A stretch of 64,000 nucleotides of DNA, taken from assembly GCA_964016885.1 (NCBI GenBank), contig OZ024746.1, positions 62,248,001-62,312,000 on the forward strand, read 5' to 3'. Each line of letters starts with the position of its first letter. The stretch's first letter is position 1. The position numbers and the translations under genes are program-made. The notes beneath the pieces were generated by a model that saw nothing but the letters and a program-made list of their open reading frames with translations, had not been told where the DNA came from and did no database searches. Shown one piece after another: positions 1-12,700 of the stretch. Source of the DNA: Eledone cirrhosa (Eukaryota).

Positions 1-2217
<2,217 letters not shown>

Positions 2218-2219
2218 CC

Positions 2220-2990
2220 ACATCATACAACTGACAGAGCGCTCATAACGACGCAGGAGAGAATAGGCTTTGGACTTTTCAAACCAATTCCAGAAATCGA
2301 TTCCTGCAATGCCATTTATTTTATTTATTTTGATTTGTTTTTGTTTTTTGTTTTAATTGACCTTTGAGATGCTTCAATTATCATAAAATGTTGTTTCACA
2401 GGGGAAGAAGATAGCAGGCATCATTATTTACAGTAAGGTGAGATCGATAAAATATATAGAAGAGAAGGATAATGGTATCTGGCTGTGTAGAACAGAAGGT
2501 TTTAAGGATAAAAAAATACATCTTGTAGGTTATGTCAACATTTAGGTTTGATGTGGACACTCCAGTTTAATTCTAACAGCTACGTCGAAGTCACTTATGT
2601 TATTTGGTACCATGTGGATTTATCCCGAGGGAAGAGAAGATGGTTTAAATCCATCAATTTTCCACGTTTAGCAGCATTTTTCCTTATTCATTGACTAACA
2701 AGTTGAAGATCTGATTAGAAGTATGTTCAGTATCCAACTCTGTTCTTGTCAATCTGAAGCCTAGAGTCATTTGAAAAGGAAGTTATTAGTTGCTCTGTGT
2801 TATAACATCTATGATGTCATTAATATAAATAAGAAATAGAAGTGGGCCCAACATAGTATCTTTATGGGACACCACTAATGACTTTTGCTGAGCTGGATTG
2901 CACGCCATCGATCACAAGATGATGGATTCTGATCACCAAAAATCAAGTATTCCACTGTAATAGCTTCCCATGGTCTCCAAAGTTCTGGTC
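2220..2990 (-). mobile_element. Degenerate non-LTR retrotransposon (CR1/L2-like) reverse transcriptase fragment
   Basis: Minus strand at ~2846-2875 reads ggtgtcccataaagatactatgttggg, a decayed GVPQG(T/S)xLGP motif; no intact ORF; boundaries approximate. Confidence 0.45.
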
Positions 2991-3387
2991 ACTATTTACT
3001 GGTACGCAGTAAATCGTGACCAGAACTTAAGATGACGTGGAATAACAACAGCCAATGGCATGACAAGAGTGGAAGAGGTTTTTTGAAGGTGTTTTTGTTT
3101 ATGATAACACTCCAGTGATAAAATTTGCTCCGAACGAACTACCCGTGTCTGAAGGAACCTGCAGCCGTAGAATCAGCTAGATCCATACAGGGACCATGTC
3201 TCGAGCTACCTGCCGGCGAAACAATTGTAACACGCAATAAAATGAGTCCAGATGCATCACTGATTTTTCGTTTTTTTATACTATCCACACTCTACTCTGT
3301 TGAATATTGAGTGTTAATTTTGGCATACCGCCTATGGAAGTACCATAGCTACCATTATACAGAAGTATATATATACATATATATATA

Positions 3388-3461
3388 CAGGTGTCCCAAA
3401 AAATGTATACACACTTCCATAGCATTCTAATCAAAGGATGTGTAATTTGGGGGGGACCCTG
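3388..3461. mobile_element. Small Tc1/mariner-type MITE remnant
   Basis: ta|caggtgtcccaaaa ... tttgggggggaccctg: imperfect terminal inverted repeats with a left TA. Confidence 0.45.
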
Positions 3462-4309
3462 TGTGTGTGTGTGTGTGTGTGTGCCTATATATATATATAT
3501 ATATAAAGTTATGAAACGAAAGGAGCTGTGTGGTTACTAAAAACAAAGCTTAGGATGGTGGTTAGGACGGAACAGGGGGAGAAAGGAAGAAAGGAGTTTC
3601 CATCGTCAGCTGAAAATGATTCCCGGACCGATGTTTCGGCGCTAAATTACAGGACATCGGCGTAGTTCGGGTGCGCCCGAGGCCTTTTATTAATCAAAAG
3701 GCCAGATTCAGGAACCCGACGGCTGAGTTTCGGCCGCTTCGACAGCTAGATCAGAACTAAATCGCCGGTTTTCGAACGGCAGGAATCTAGCTGAACTTAT
3801 CAAGGGGTACAGTCCTTATAAGGCATATAGTCAAAAGCAAAAGACAAAACATTCAAAAAAATCCCCCCAAGATTAAAGACATCAACAATGTCAGTATTCC
3901 GTGTGTCATAATTCTCGATTATCATTGGTTCATAGGTTTCAAACGACTCCGCCCACCCCAACGACGCCAAACTGAAATTAATATGCATAATGCCAATGGG
4001 GGAGTGAGAGGGGAGAGTGTGAACGCTGTGTTCAATAACTATTAACATGTGTGCGTGTGTATGTTTATGTGTGCGTGCGTGCGTGCAGCGTTCCACAGAA
4101 AGTAAAAACTATCAACGTGTGTGCGTGTGCGCGTTTCCATGCGTGTATGTGTGTGGCGTTCCACAATCGCCATGCAGTTTATCTGTCTGTGTGCCTGTCT
4201 GTCAGTCTAACATACACAGAGTTGTGATGGGAGTAAATAGGGACCTTTCTTTACATTGACGGACATCTTTTATATTTATTATTGTGTCATTTTTTGACAA
4301 TTGCTCGAA

Positions 4310-7300
4310 ATGAATACTGATAATAAAAGCAATTCGACTTTATCAAACAGTGAACTACAGCGGCGACGACGTGCAGCCAGCAATGAAGAAAAGCGGGCCG
4401 AACAGCGCCATCGGAACGCCGAACTTCAGAGGCGAAGACGTGCCAGAATTCAGCAGCAACGGCGTGCTGCGATGGATGAAGAGGAGCTGGCTGAACAGCG
4501 CCAGCGCAATACAGATGTCCAGAGAATGTGTCGACAAAATGCTCCTCATTCCAGTAAAGAGGCTAGAAGGCGAACGGATGATATTAAAAATGGATCATGG
4601 CAACCGTGTCATTTTCAGATTGGTGGAAGAGCAGAGTGTCCATATTGTGGAGCATTGCTTTGGAGGCACGAAAAGACGTGGACCACAATGTGCTGTCATA
4701 AAGGAGCAGTTCAACTAGAACCCTTGCGAATGCCGGATGATGAGGAGTCACCGGAGTTTAAAATACTAAGTATGTGGGGTGATCAAGGAGACCGAGGTAA
4801 ATTACTGCGCAAATATTCGCGGCAAATTAACAATTCATTAGCTTTAGCATCGCAGAGAGTTAGTGAGATGTTTGAGAGTGGAGCATGGCAGCCGAATGTA
4901 GTCATTCAAGGCCGTTTGTATCATTGTATCGGTAATTTAGAAGTTACCCCAGGAGAGAGGCCTCGATTCGCTCAAATTTACGTTAACGATCCAGATTATA
5001 GTGAATCAGAGGAGGATATCAGGATCGGTTGGATGAATTTGCCGGGAATTATAACTGAACTTGAACGGCAAGGGTTAAGTGATTTGATCCTTGATTTGCA
5101 ATCATGGCTTAGACAGTGTAATCCTTATGTTATGGATTTCCTGTTGGTGGCTGAACTGCAAAATGTTCAGCAGCAAACATTGGTGATTAAGGCTGACGTA
5201 GTGCCAAGGAATCAACACGAACGGCGATATCATGCCCCTGAAGGATTTCGTGAAGTTGCTGTGTTGATGGACGATAAGCCTGGATCGAGAGATATCGTCC
5301 TCAATCGCAGAGATGGTGGTCTCAAGACTATCAATGAGTCAAATAGGGCATACGAATCCATTGCATTATGTTCTTTTATTCCCAAAAAGTGAAAATGGAT
5401 GGAACATGTCTGTTCATTTAGATGATCATGAGAATCAGCATCAACAGGGAAGCAGCAATAGACACGATAATTCGATTCGCGACTTTTACGCGTTCCATTT
5501 GAACGAGAGTAATCAACAGAGAAATGCGCTATTTCAAGCCAGTAAATTGTTCCAGGAATACTGTTGTATGGCATTCGCAAAGATCGAAAATCAAAGGCTA
5601 AATTATATAGCTTCACATCAGCAACATATCAGAGCTGAATTGTATAATAATATACAGGATGCGATAACAGCCGATAATGCCAATTACAAGCAAATTAGTC
5701 GACGCATCATTTTGCCATCGTCGTTCATCGGCGGCCCGAGATATATGAAAATTCGCTATCAGGATACAATGGCTATTGTCAGAAAATTTGGAAAGCCAGA
5801 TTTGTTTATAACGGTTGCATGCAATCCTGAATGGACTGATATTAAGGATACACTTTTGCCAGGACAACAGCCAAAGGACCGTCCTGATATTGTGGCAAGA
5901 GTATTCAAAGGATATCTGAAAAAGATAATGGATGATGTGGAAAAAGAGGGAATCTTTGTAGGTATAGTTGCTTTTACATACGTAATTGAATTCCAAAAAA
6001 GAGGATTGACACATGCAGATTTGCTGATCATTTTACATAGAGATTGCAAATTGAGATGTGCTGAGGATGTCGACAGCGTTGTGTATGCTGAACTGCCGGA
6101 GAATGAGGCACTACGCAACTTGGTGGCAAAGTCAATGGTGCACAACCAATGCGAAGTGGCAAATCGGAAAGCGCCTTGCATGAAAAATGGCCAATGCAGT
6201 AAGCAATTTCCGAAATCTTTTGTCACGAACACTTCCTGGAACGATGGGGATGCTCATACAGAAGACGGTCGCCTGCAGATGGCGGTTTGGTCGAAAATGT
6301 AAACGGTCGACAGGTTACAAATCAATAGGTTGTGCCATACAATCCATATTTGATTATGAAATATCGTTGTCATATTAATGTGGAAATTTGTAGCTCAGTG
6401 AAAGCTTGCACATATCTATTCAAATATGTTTACAAAGGTCATGATCGGGCAATGATCAATGTCAGGAATGAGGAAGCGAACCAAGGAGATGAAGTTGGCA
6501 GGTTCCAGAATGTTCGTTCGATTGGATCTAGCGTAGCTTGCTGGAGATTGTTCGATTTTGATCTCAATGAACGCAAACCCAGCGTTCAGAAACTGACGGT
6601 TCACTTAGAGAATAGGCAAATGGTCTGTATTCAAGACACTAGAAGAGGTGTCGAAAGAATTGCTAAGGCACCACCTCCTAAGACGGAATTGACTGAGTGG
6701 CTCAAGCATAATAGGGAACATGCTTTGAACCCGGAACAAAGCAACTCTACTGCGATTTCCCTTCGCACTATACGTGGGATAAGAAGGGAAAGAAATGGAA
6801 TGATAGAAAACAAAAGTTGAGATTCGTGACTATTGGACGGGTTTGTAATGTCCATCCAGCATCTGGTGATGTGTTTTATCTCCGAATTCTGTTGCATAAT
6901 GATTTTTTGAAAGGTAAACAGAGCTTCACTGATTTGAAAACAATCAATGGCGTGGAATATGAAACATACCAGGCTGTGTGTCAGCATCTGGGACTCCTTC
7001 AGGATGACGCTGAATGGAATAACGCCATGGGGCTGCAGGAACAACACAGATGCCAGCTCAAATAAGGTAGTTGTTTGTCACGATTCTAGGATTCTGCAAT
7101 CCTGCCGATCCAAGAGAGTTATTTGAACGCCATTGGGGAATTATGGCTGATGATTTTAGGCATCATCTTCACGTCGATGATGAAAATTTGATGAAAGCTA
7201 TTGTTTTGCTCAATATTGAGAAACTGCTTGAAGTTCATTTCAAATGTTTAACAGATTTCAATTTGCCAATTCCTGATGAAGAAATGCGGCAACGTGTCTT

Positions 7301-8809
7301 AGCATTGAATATGAGATTGCAGCTTAGACGGTTGCCACTCGATCGGAGGGAACTATTCCAGTTTGATCCACTGGAACAGCAATGTATTGTGGATGAACGT
7401 ATGCCAATGTTGACCCAATCTCAGAGAGAATTGGTCGATGGCGTTCTCCACTCGATTTCCACTAATGAGCAACTTTGTGCTTTCATAGATGCTCCAGGAG
7501 GCACCGGAAAGACATTCTGTTTCAACACTATGTTATCGGCAGTCAGAGCTCAGAGGAAGATTGCTCTCCCTGTGGCCACCAGTGGGATCGCTGGCACTTT
7601 GCTGAGTGGTGGAAGGACCTGCCACTCATGCTTCAAGGCTCCATTGGCTCCAGATGAGTTGAGTGTCTGTAACATTACAGGACAAAGTGAATTCGCGGGC
7701 CTTATACGCAATACGTCTCTGATTATTTGGGACGAGGCTCCAATGGCACACAGATATTTGCTGGAGGCATTGGACAGAACTTTGAGAGATATCTGCGGTA
7801 GTGACCTGCCATTCGGTGGTAAGACTATCGTTCTTGGTGCTACCAATTGTTAGGAATGCTCAAAGAGCACAAATTGTCGATGCATGTCTGAAAAAGTCCC
7901 CGTTGTGGCGCCATTTCATAGTTTTGCGATTACACGATAATATGCGACTTTGTATGTTCGGGCAAAACGAAGAGGCTGAGACATACCGCCGATGGTTGAT
8001 GCAGTTGGGAAACGATGAATTGCCACACGTTGGTGATAATCAGACTGTAAGAACCCCAGACCATTTGGTCATGCTACTGGACCGCCAAGCATTGATTGAC
8101 TGGGTGTTCCCTAATTTGAATGCTTTTTGGCAGAATATCTCCTGGATATCAGAACGCGTTATTCTAACTCATACGAATGCAACGGTCGATGAAATAAATT
8201 CACAAGTAGCCGGAATGTTTCCTGGAGAGGAATGGTTGACCGTCAGTGCGGATCAATGGAGCTTAATCAGCAGAACAATATGGATGTTCCGACTGAGTAT
8301 CTAAATTCACTTCAAATACCCGGATTTCCCCCACATATTTTGAGGTTGAAAAAGGGTATGCCGATTATATTGCTTAGAAATATCAATAATAAAATGGGTC
8401 TTTGCAATGGTACCAGATTGATTGTTGAGAGATTGATTAACGGAAGAGTTTTAGAAGCTAAACTCCCAGGCAGAGAGGAATCGGTTCTCATTCCGAGGAT
8501 CATGCTGAGACCAAGTGAAGATCTGCTGCCATTCATTTGGCAAAGGAGTAGTTTCCTGTCAATTTGGCCTTCTCCATGACTGCCAACAAGGTACAGGGAC
8601 AGACTTTCAAGCGAGTCGGTGTCTACTTGAATGATCCAGCATTCAGCCATGGGCAACTGTATGTTGCTGCATCTCGAGTGTGCGATCCTGATGGTGTAAA
8701 ATTTGCAATTGATACCACTAACAGAGGAACAGCCCTGAATATTGTCTATAATGAAGCTTTGAGCCGATGTATGCATATATTTAATGCTATCAATAAGCGA
8801 CGTAAATGA
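4310..8809 (+). pseudogene. Helitron Rep/Pif1-helicase (RepHel) pseudogene, about 7 frameshifts/deletions
   Basis: Zn-finger CPYCGALLW..CCHKG; Rep motifs DLFITVACNP, VIEFQKRGLTHAD (HUH), YLFKYVYKG; Pif1/SF1B motifs DAPGGTGKTF, IIWDEAPM, FGGKTIVLG, LLRNI..GLCNGTRL, AFSMTANKVQGQT, FSHGQLYVAASRV, split over ORFs 4301, 5313, 6332, 6817, 7071, 7801, 8232, 8564. Confidence 0.93.
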
Positions 8810-9131
8810 TTGGACATTGGTGTCCTTTGATCAGTATTGTGAGCTTTGGCAGAGTTATCATTTATGTTCAATGTCATTTAATGTCGTTATGAGCAATAAA
8901 AACAAACAAGTATTGATAAAAATTGCTTTCACTGCTATATTGCGCAATAAATACCAACAAGTATTGGTAGAAATTGCCTTCACTGCTATGAATATTCGAG
9001 GTAAATGATTCAGACATTGGTGTCCTTTGATCAGTATTGTGAGCTTTGACAGAGTTATCATTTCTGTTCAATGTTATTTATTGTCGATAATGAGCAATAA
9101 AAACCAACAAGTATTGATAGAAATTGCCTTC
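8802..9131 (+). repeat. ~200-bp duplicated block with ~50-bp subrepeats in the Helitron 3' region
   Basis: gtaaatgatt..gacattggtgtcctttgatcagtattgtgagcttt at 8802 and 9001; gcaataaa..caacaagtattg..gaaattgc occurs three times. Confidence 0.85.
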
Positions 9132-9531
9132 AAATTTATCGCTTCTGATAGTGATGGTAATAAAACCTCATCATATGCTGAGTCTGGCAAAAAGTTTGGT
9201 GCCTATGGCCGGCCAGAGCTAGAGTAATATTGAAAAACGATTCTATTTTCGAAGTAGAAAGATCCGGCATTTGGAGTTCAAACCAGGCCACCTTCCCGAG
9301 TTGAACTCTGGGCAATATTGACTGTATATTACTCAGTGGCTAAGAGCCTGGAAATTACTGAATAAATTTTTGTGTCATATAATTTGTTGTTTTATTATTA
9401 TAGCTGACCACTTATAGATAAGCATGTTATCCATATCCATATTAATTTGGCATTTGTATAAACCATTTCAAGTAAATAGGGACCTTTTTTACACTGACGG
9501 ACATCTTTTATATTAATTATCTATATCTATA

Positions 9532-9879
9532 TCTACATATAATATAAAAGATTGGAACTTCCATCATCCTTTTGAGAAACGTGGAACAACCACGTCTATG
9601 CAATGATACACGTTTCACAGTCAGGCAGAAGATGAACCATCTCCTAGAGGTCACTATTCTAGGTGGGAGCACCTAGGAGTTGTTCATATACTATGCACAA
9701 ACGGTACAACGAAGAATTTGGTATATCTGGAAGATTTTTTTTACTGTTTTTGGTATCACACAGACACCACGGACTCGCCTCATACTGTAACCAGACAAAC
9801 ATCCAATACAGTCATTTTCTCTTTTACCTGTCTTCTCTTATCATCTGTTTAGCCGGGCGAAGCTGGGTACGTCAGCTAG
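9532..9879 (+). mobile_element. Non-autonomous Helitron (or distal 3' end of the large Helitron)
   Basis: 5' A|TCTACATATAATATAAAAG; 3' gccgggcgaagctgggtac hairpin-like motif, then CTAG|T at 9876-9880. Confidence 0.6.
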
Positions 9880-10102
9880 TATATATATATATATTTATAT
9901 ATATATTTATTTCTGAAGACGGCGTATATATGTGTTTGGTAAGTATATTTAATCTTGATAATTTGTATAATTTTGTATAATTTTGTACATAGATCTGTTG
10001 AATATGCATACCAATTCTAACACATATATATCCTAGAAACGATCGTTAAATAATGAACTTTTTTTGTTTAATATAAGGAATTGTTTATTCATTATTTGTT
10101 TA

Positions 10103-10133
<31 letters not shown>

Positions 10134-10512
10134 GTGAGTGTGTGTTTGCGCATGTGTAACTATATCTCTGCAAAGAGTGCAAGGGAGATAAATTAATATG
10201 TTAATATATACTTAATTCCCTTCAACGAAAAAAAATAAATACATATTTTAAATATTTAATTTACATTTTTTTATTACAACCACAAAACATTTTTTTTTAA
10301 ATAATACATGTGTAATCTGTATATGTGTATATGTTACATATTTTATTTTCTGAAACTAAGATATATTTATATTTTGGTATAGTAAACAAATTCTTTCGTC
10401 ATATCAGATTTTCAAAAGTTATCGCCCCTGAAATCCTCTGCATGTTTTGAAAATGAATATTTTGTTCTACACCGGATGCCTGGGATTTAATTGGTTTTAT
10501 TCACTTAATTAA

Positions 10513-10518
10513 GTAAGT
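10513..10518 (+). promoter_or_regulatory. Candidate splice donor of a non-coding first MUS81 exon
   Basis: aa|GTAAGT in unique sequence upstream of the acceptor ttccag at 12489; exon start unknown. Confidence 0.3.
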
Positions 10519-11448
10519 ATTAAAAATAACTAATTTCAATTATACTTTTAAATAAATATTCATAACTTTACTATTTTGGTTTGGTTATATTAAATTTAAT
10601 GATTTGGACGTTATTTCATTGATTTCGTTATTTGATTTTTTTCGTTACGTGGTTGTGTCTGAACTTAGTTTGAAATGTGACATTGTTTATTTTAATTTCA
10701 ACTGTAATTTTCTATTATAAAATGAATGTATTTTAAAATCATCAAGTTTAACGAGCGGAAACAGTAAAGCAGTGGACTAAATAAAGCTATATTATTTAGT
10801 TTCGTTCCACCACAAGTTCAAATCCCGCCTAGTGAAGAGAACTTCTATGTGATCGTACAACCTGCTAAAAACAGCAGTCAAATCTTTCTCGAATGACACC
10901 CTAGCTGTCTTATAAAAGAAGGATACATTGGGTAATATGGTCTTCGGTGTTCTGTGTATGAGCTTCTTACGGGATAGCTATGGCTTGAACACAAAACTGG
11001 CCCGAGGCTTGACAATAACAACTAAAAACAGCACACCGGCGACTTGCTCTTTAAATATAAAAACAATCTTTATAATATTTATGATCTTGGTTATAGTTAT
11101 TTTTATATTAGATTGAAATACATATAATTATTGTTAAGAACCTTATAAATATGATACACAAAAATATATAATCAAAGCGAGAAGAAAAAAAAACATCAAT
11201 TCAACACTAAGTGAGTCAATCGGTCACACACACACCTCAACGGTCATCGGAACTTTTGGAGGCAAGCCAACACGCTCGAAGCATTACCGTGGGTGATGGC
11301 GAGGCTAAGACACTGAAACAACCAAGCACCCTCACGAGCATCACCTAACACACCGATAAGGCGAGCCGCTAACGATGACAAGATCCGTTTCTTGTTTTAT
11401 TTTGTTTTTTTAAACATAGACGATCGGTAAATTTACAGAACTTAGTTA

Positions 11449-11504
<56 letters not shown>

Positions 11505-11554
11505 CCACCACCACCACCACCACCACCACCATCATAATCATCATCATAAAATAA

Positions 11555-12132
11555 TAATTGTTTCTACTTTAGGCACAAGGCCAGCAATTATCCAGTGCAT
11601 TACTGGTACTTTATTTTATCGACCCCGTAAGGATGAAAGGCAAAGTCAACCTCGGCGGGATTTATTTATAATAATAATGAAATGATTGTGTACAGTGCTC
11701 AGGTGCACTACAACTCATCAAAGGTGCATGTATAGTACATAGAATAATTGTTTCTACTTTTGGCACAAGGCCAGCAATTATCCCAGTGCATTACTGGTAC
11801 TTTATTTTATCGATCCGGTAAGGATGAAAGGCAAAGTTAACCTCGGCGGGATTTGAACTCGGACCGTAAAGGGGCGTAACTCTATGCTGAAATGCATGGC
11901 GTCTGACCTTCTACCGATACTGCCAATCCACCGTCAGGAAAGTGAACAGTGTATGAGTCCTGATATACATGTGTGCGTGTGTAGGCAGGGAGGATATCAA
12001 GGGGGTAGTGTTGGCGAATTTCAGGATGCAGTGTCTCAGCAGCCAACATCTGATGCAGGTAGTTGGTTCCATGCTTCAGCAACTCTAAGCATGAAGAAAT
12101 GTTTCCAAAAGTCATGGGAGCTCTGCTGTTCA
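11555..12132 (-). mobile_element. Nested cluster: 5'-truncated SINE, CR1-like LINE 3' end, and a full SINE inserted in the LINE
   Basis: SINE 11555-11663; LINE tail taataatgaaatgattgtgtacagtgctcaggtgcac from 11667; SINE 11744-11933; LINE resumes 11934-12132 and matches 12960-13070. Confidence 0.8.
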
Positions 12133-12134
12133 CG

Positions 12135-12445
12135 ATCATCATCATCATCATCACAATCACCATCATCATCATCATCGCCATTATCATCCACTCAACCACC
12201 ATCATAATCACCATCACCATTATCACCATTATCATCTCAACAACCAGCATGATCACCACAATCACCATCATCATCATCATCACCATCATCATCATCATCT
12301 CAACAACCAGCATGATCACCACAATCACCACAATCATCATCATCATCATTATCATCATCTCAACAACCAACATAATCACCACAATCACCACCATCATCAT
12401 CACCACCATCATCATCACCACCATCATAATCACCACAATGATTAC
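12135..12445. repeat. (CAT/CAC)n trinucleotide low-complexity tract
   Basis: catcatcat/caccac runs; similar tracts at 11450-11548, 22408-22770, 27880-28002. Confidence 0.9.
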
Positions 12446-12562
12446 TATTCTGATATCTCCATACCATACCATACTACTTTTATTTCCAGTGTTCTATTAA
12501 AGATAAATGAAAGAGGAGGAGAATCAACAACAACAGCAACAGCAACAGCAACAACAACAACA

Positions 12563-12700
12563 ATGGCAACAACGACTGTGAGAGTTAAAAAAAAGAAGGC
12601 ACTTCCGTCCAATCCAAATGCTCTGATGATCAAATGGCTGCAGGAATGGACGAAGGAAGCTGGTGATAAAGGAAGTAAAGTCCAGTTTACTTACAACAAG
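12563..12700 (+). CDS. MUS81: MUS81 coding exon 1 (MATTTV...[13 protein letters not shown]...TYNK)
   Basis: acaATGg start; aag|gtagcg donor; matches the MUS81 N-terminal NPxxxxWLxEW motif. Confidence 0.88.

Larger units (their letters stand above)
4232..9222 (+). mobile_element. Helitron (rolling-circle transposon), near full length, coding-defective
   Basis: Collinear RepHel motifs across several frames, 3' tandem repeats, candidate hairpin plus CTAG at 9219-9222; 5' TC end not identified, so boundaries are approximate. Confidence 0.9.

Noticed and set aside
3800-4096. 98-aa minus-strand ORF as a gene or GIY-YIG remnant
   Set aside because: Starts in a (CA)n tract and has no motif I can recognise with confidence
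7071-8809. Host PIF1 helicase gene functionally linked to MUS81
   Set aside because: Intronless, frameshifted and collinear with HUH Rep motifs, so it is Helitron-derived; no evidence of domestication
11220-11390. GC-richer island as promoter or exon
   Set aside because: No splice signals, ORF or recognisable repeat identity; cannot be assigned
11882-12500. Met/Ile/Thr-rich ORFs
   Set aside because: Translations of (CAT/CAC)n plus SINE/LINE fragments
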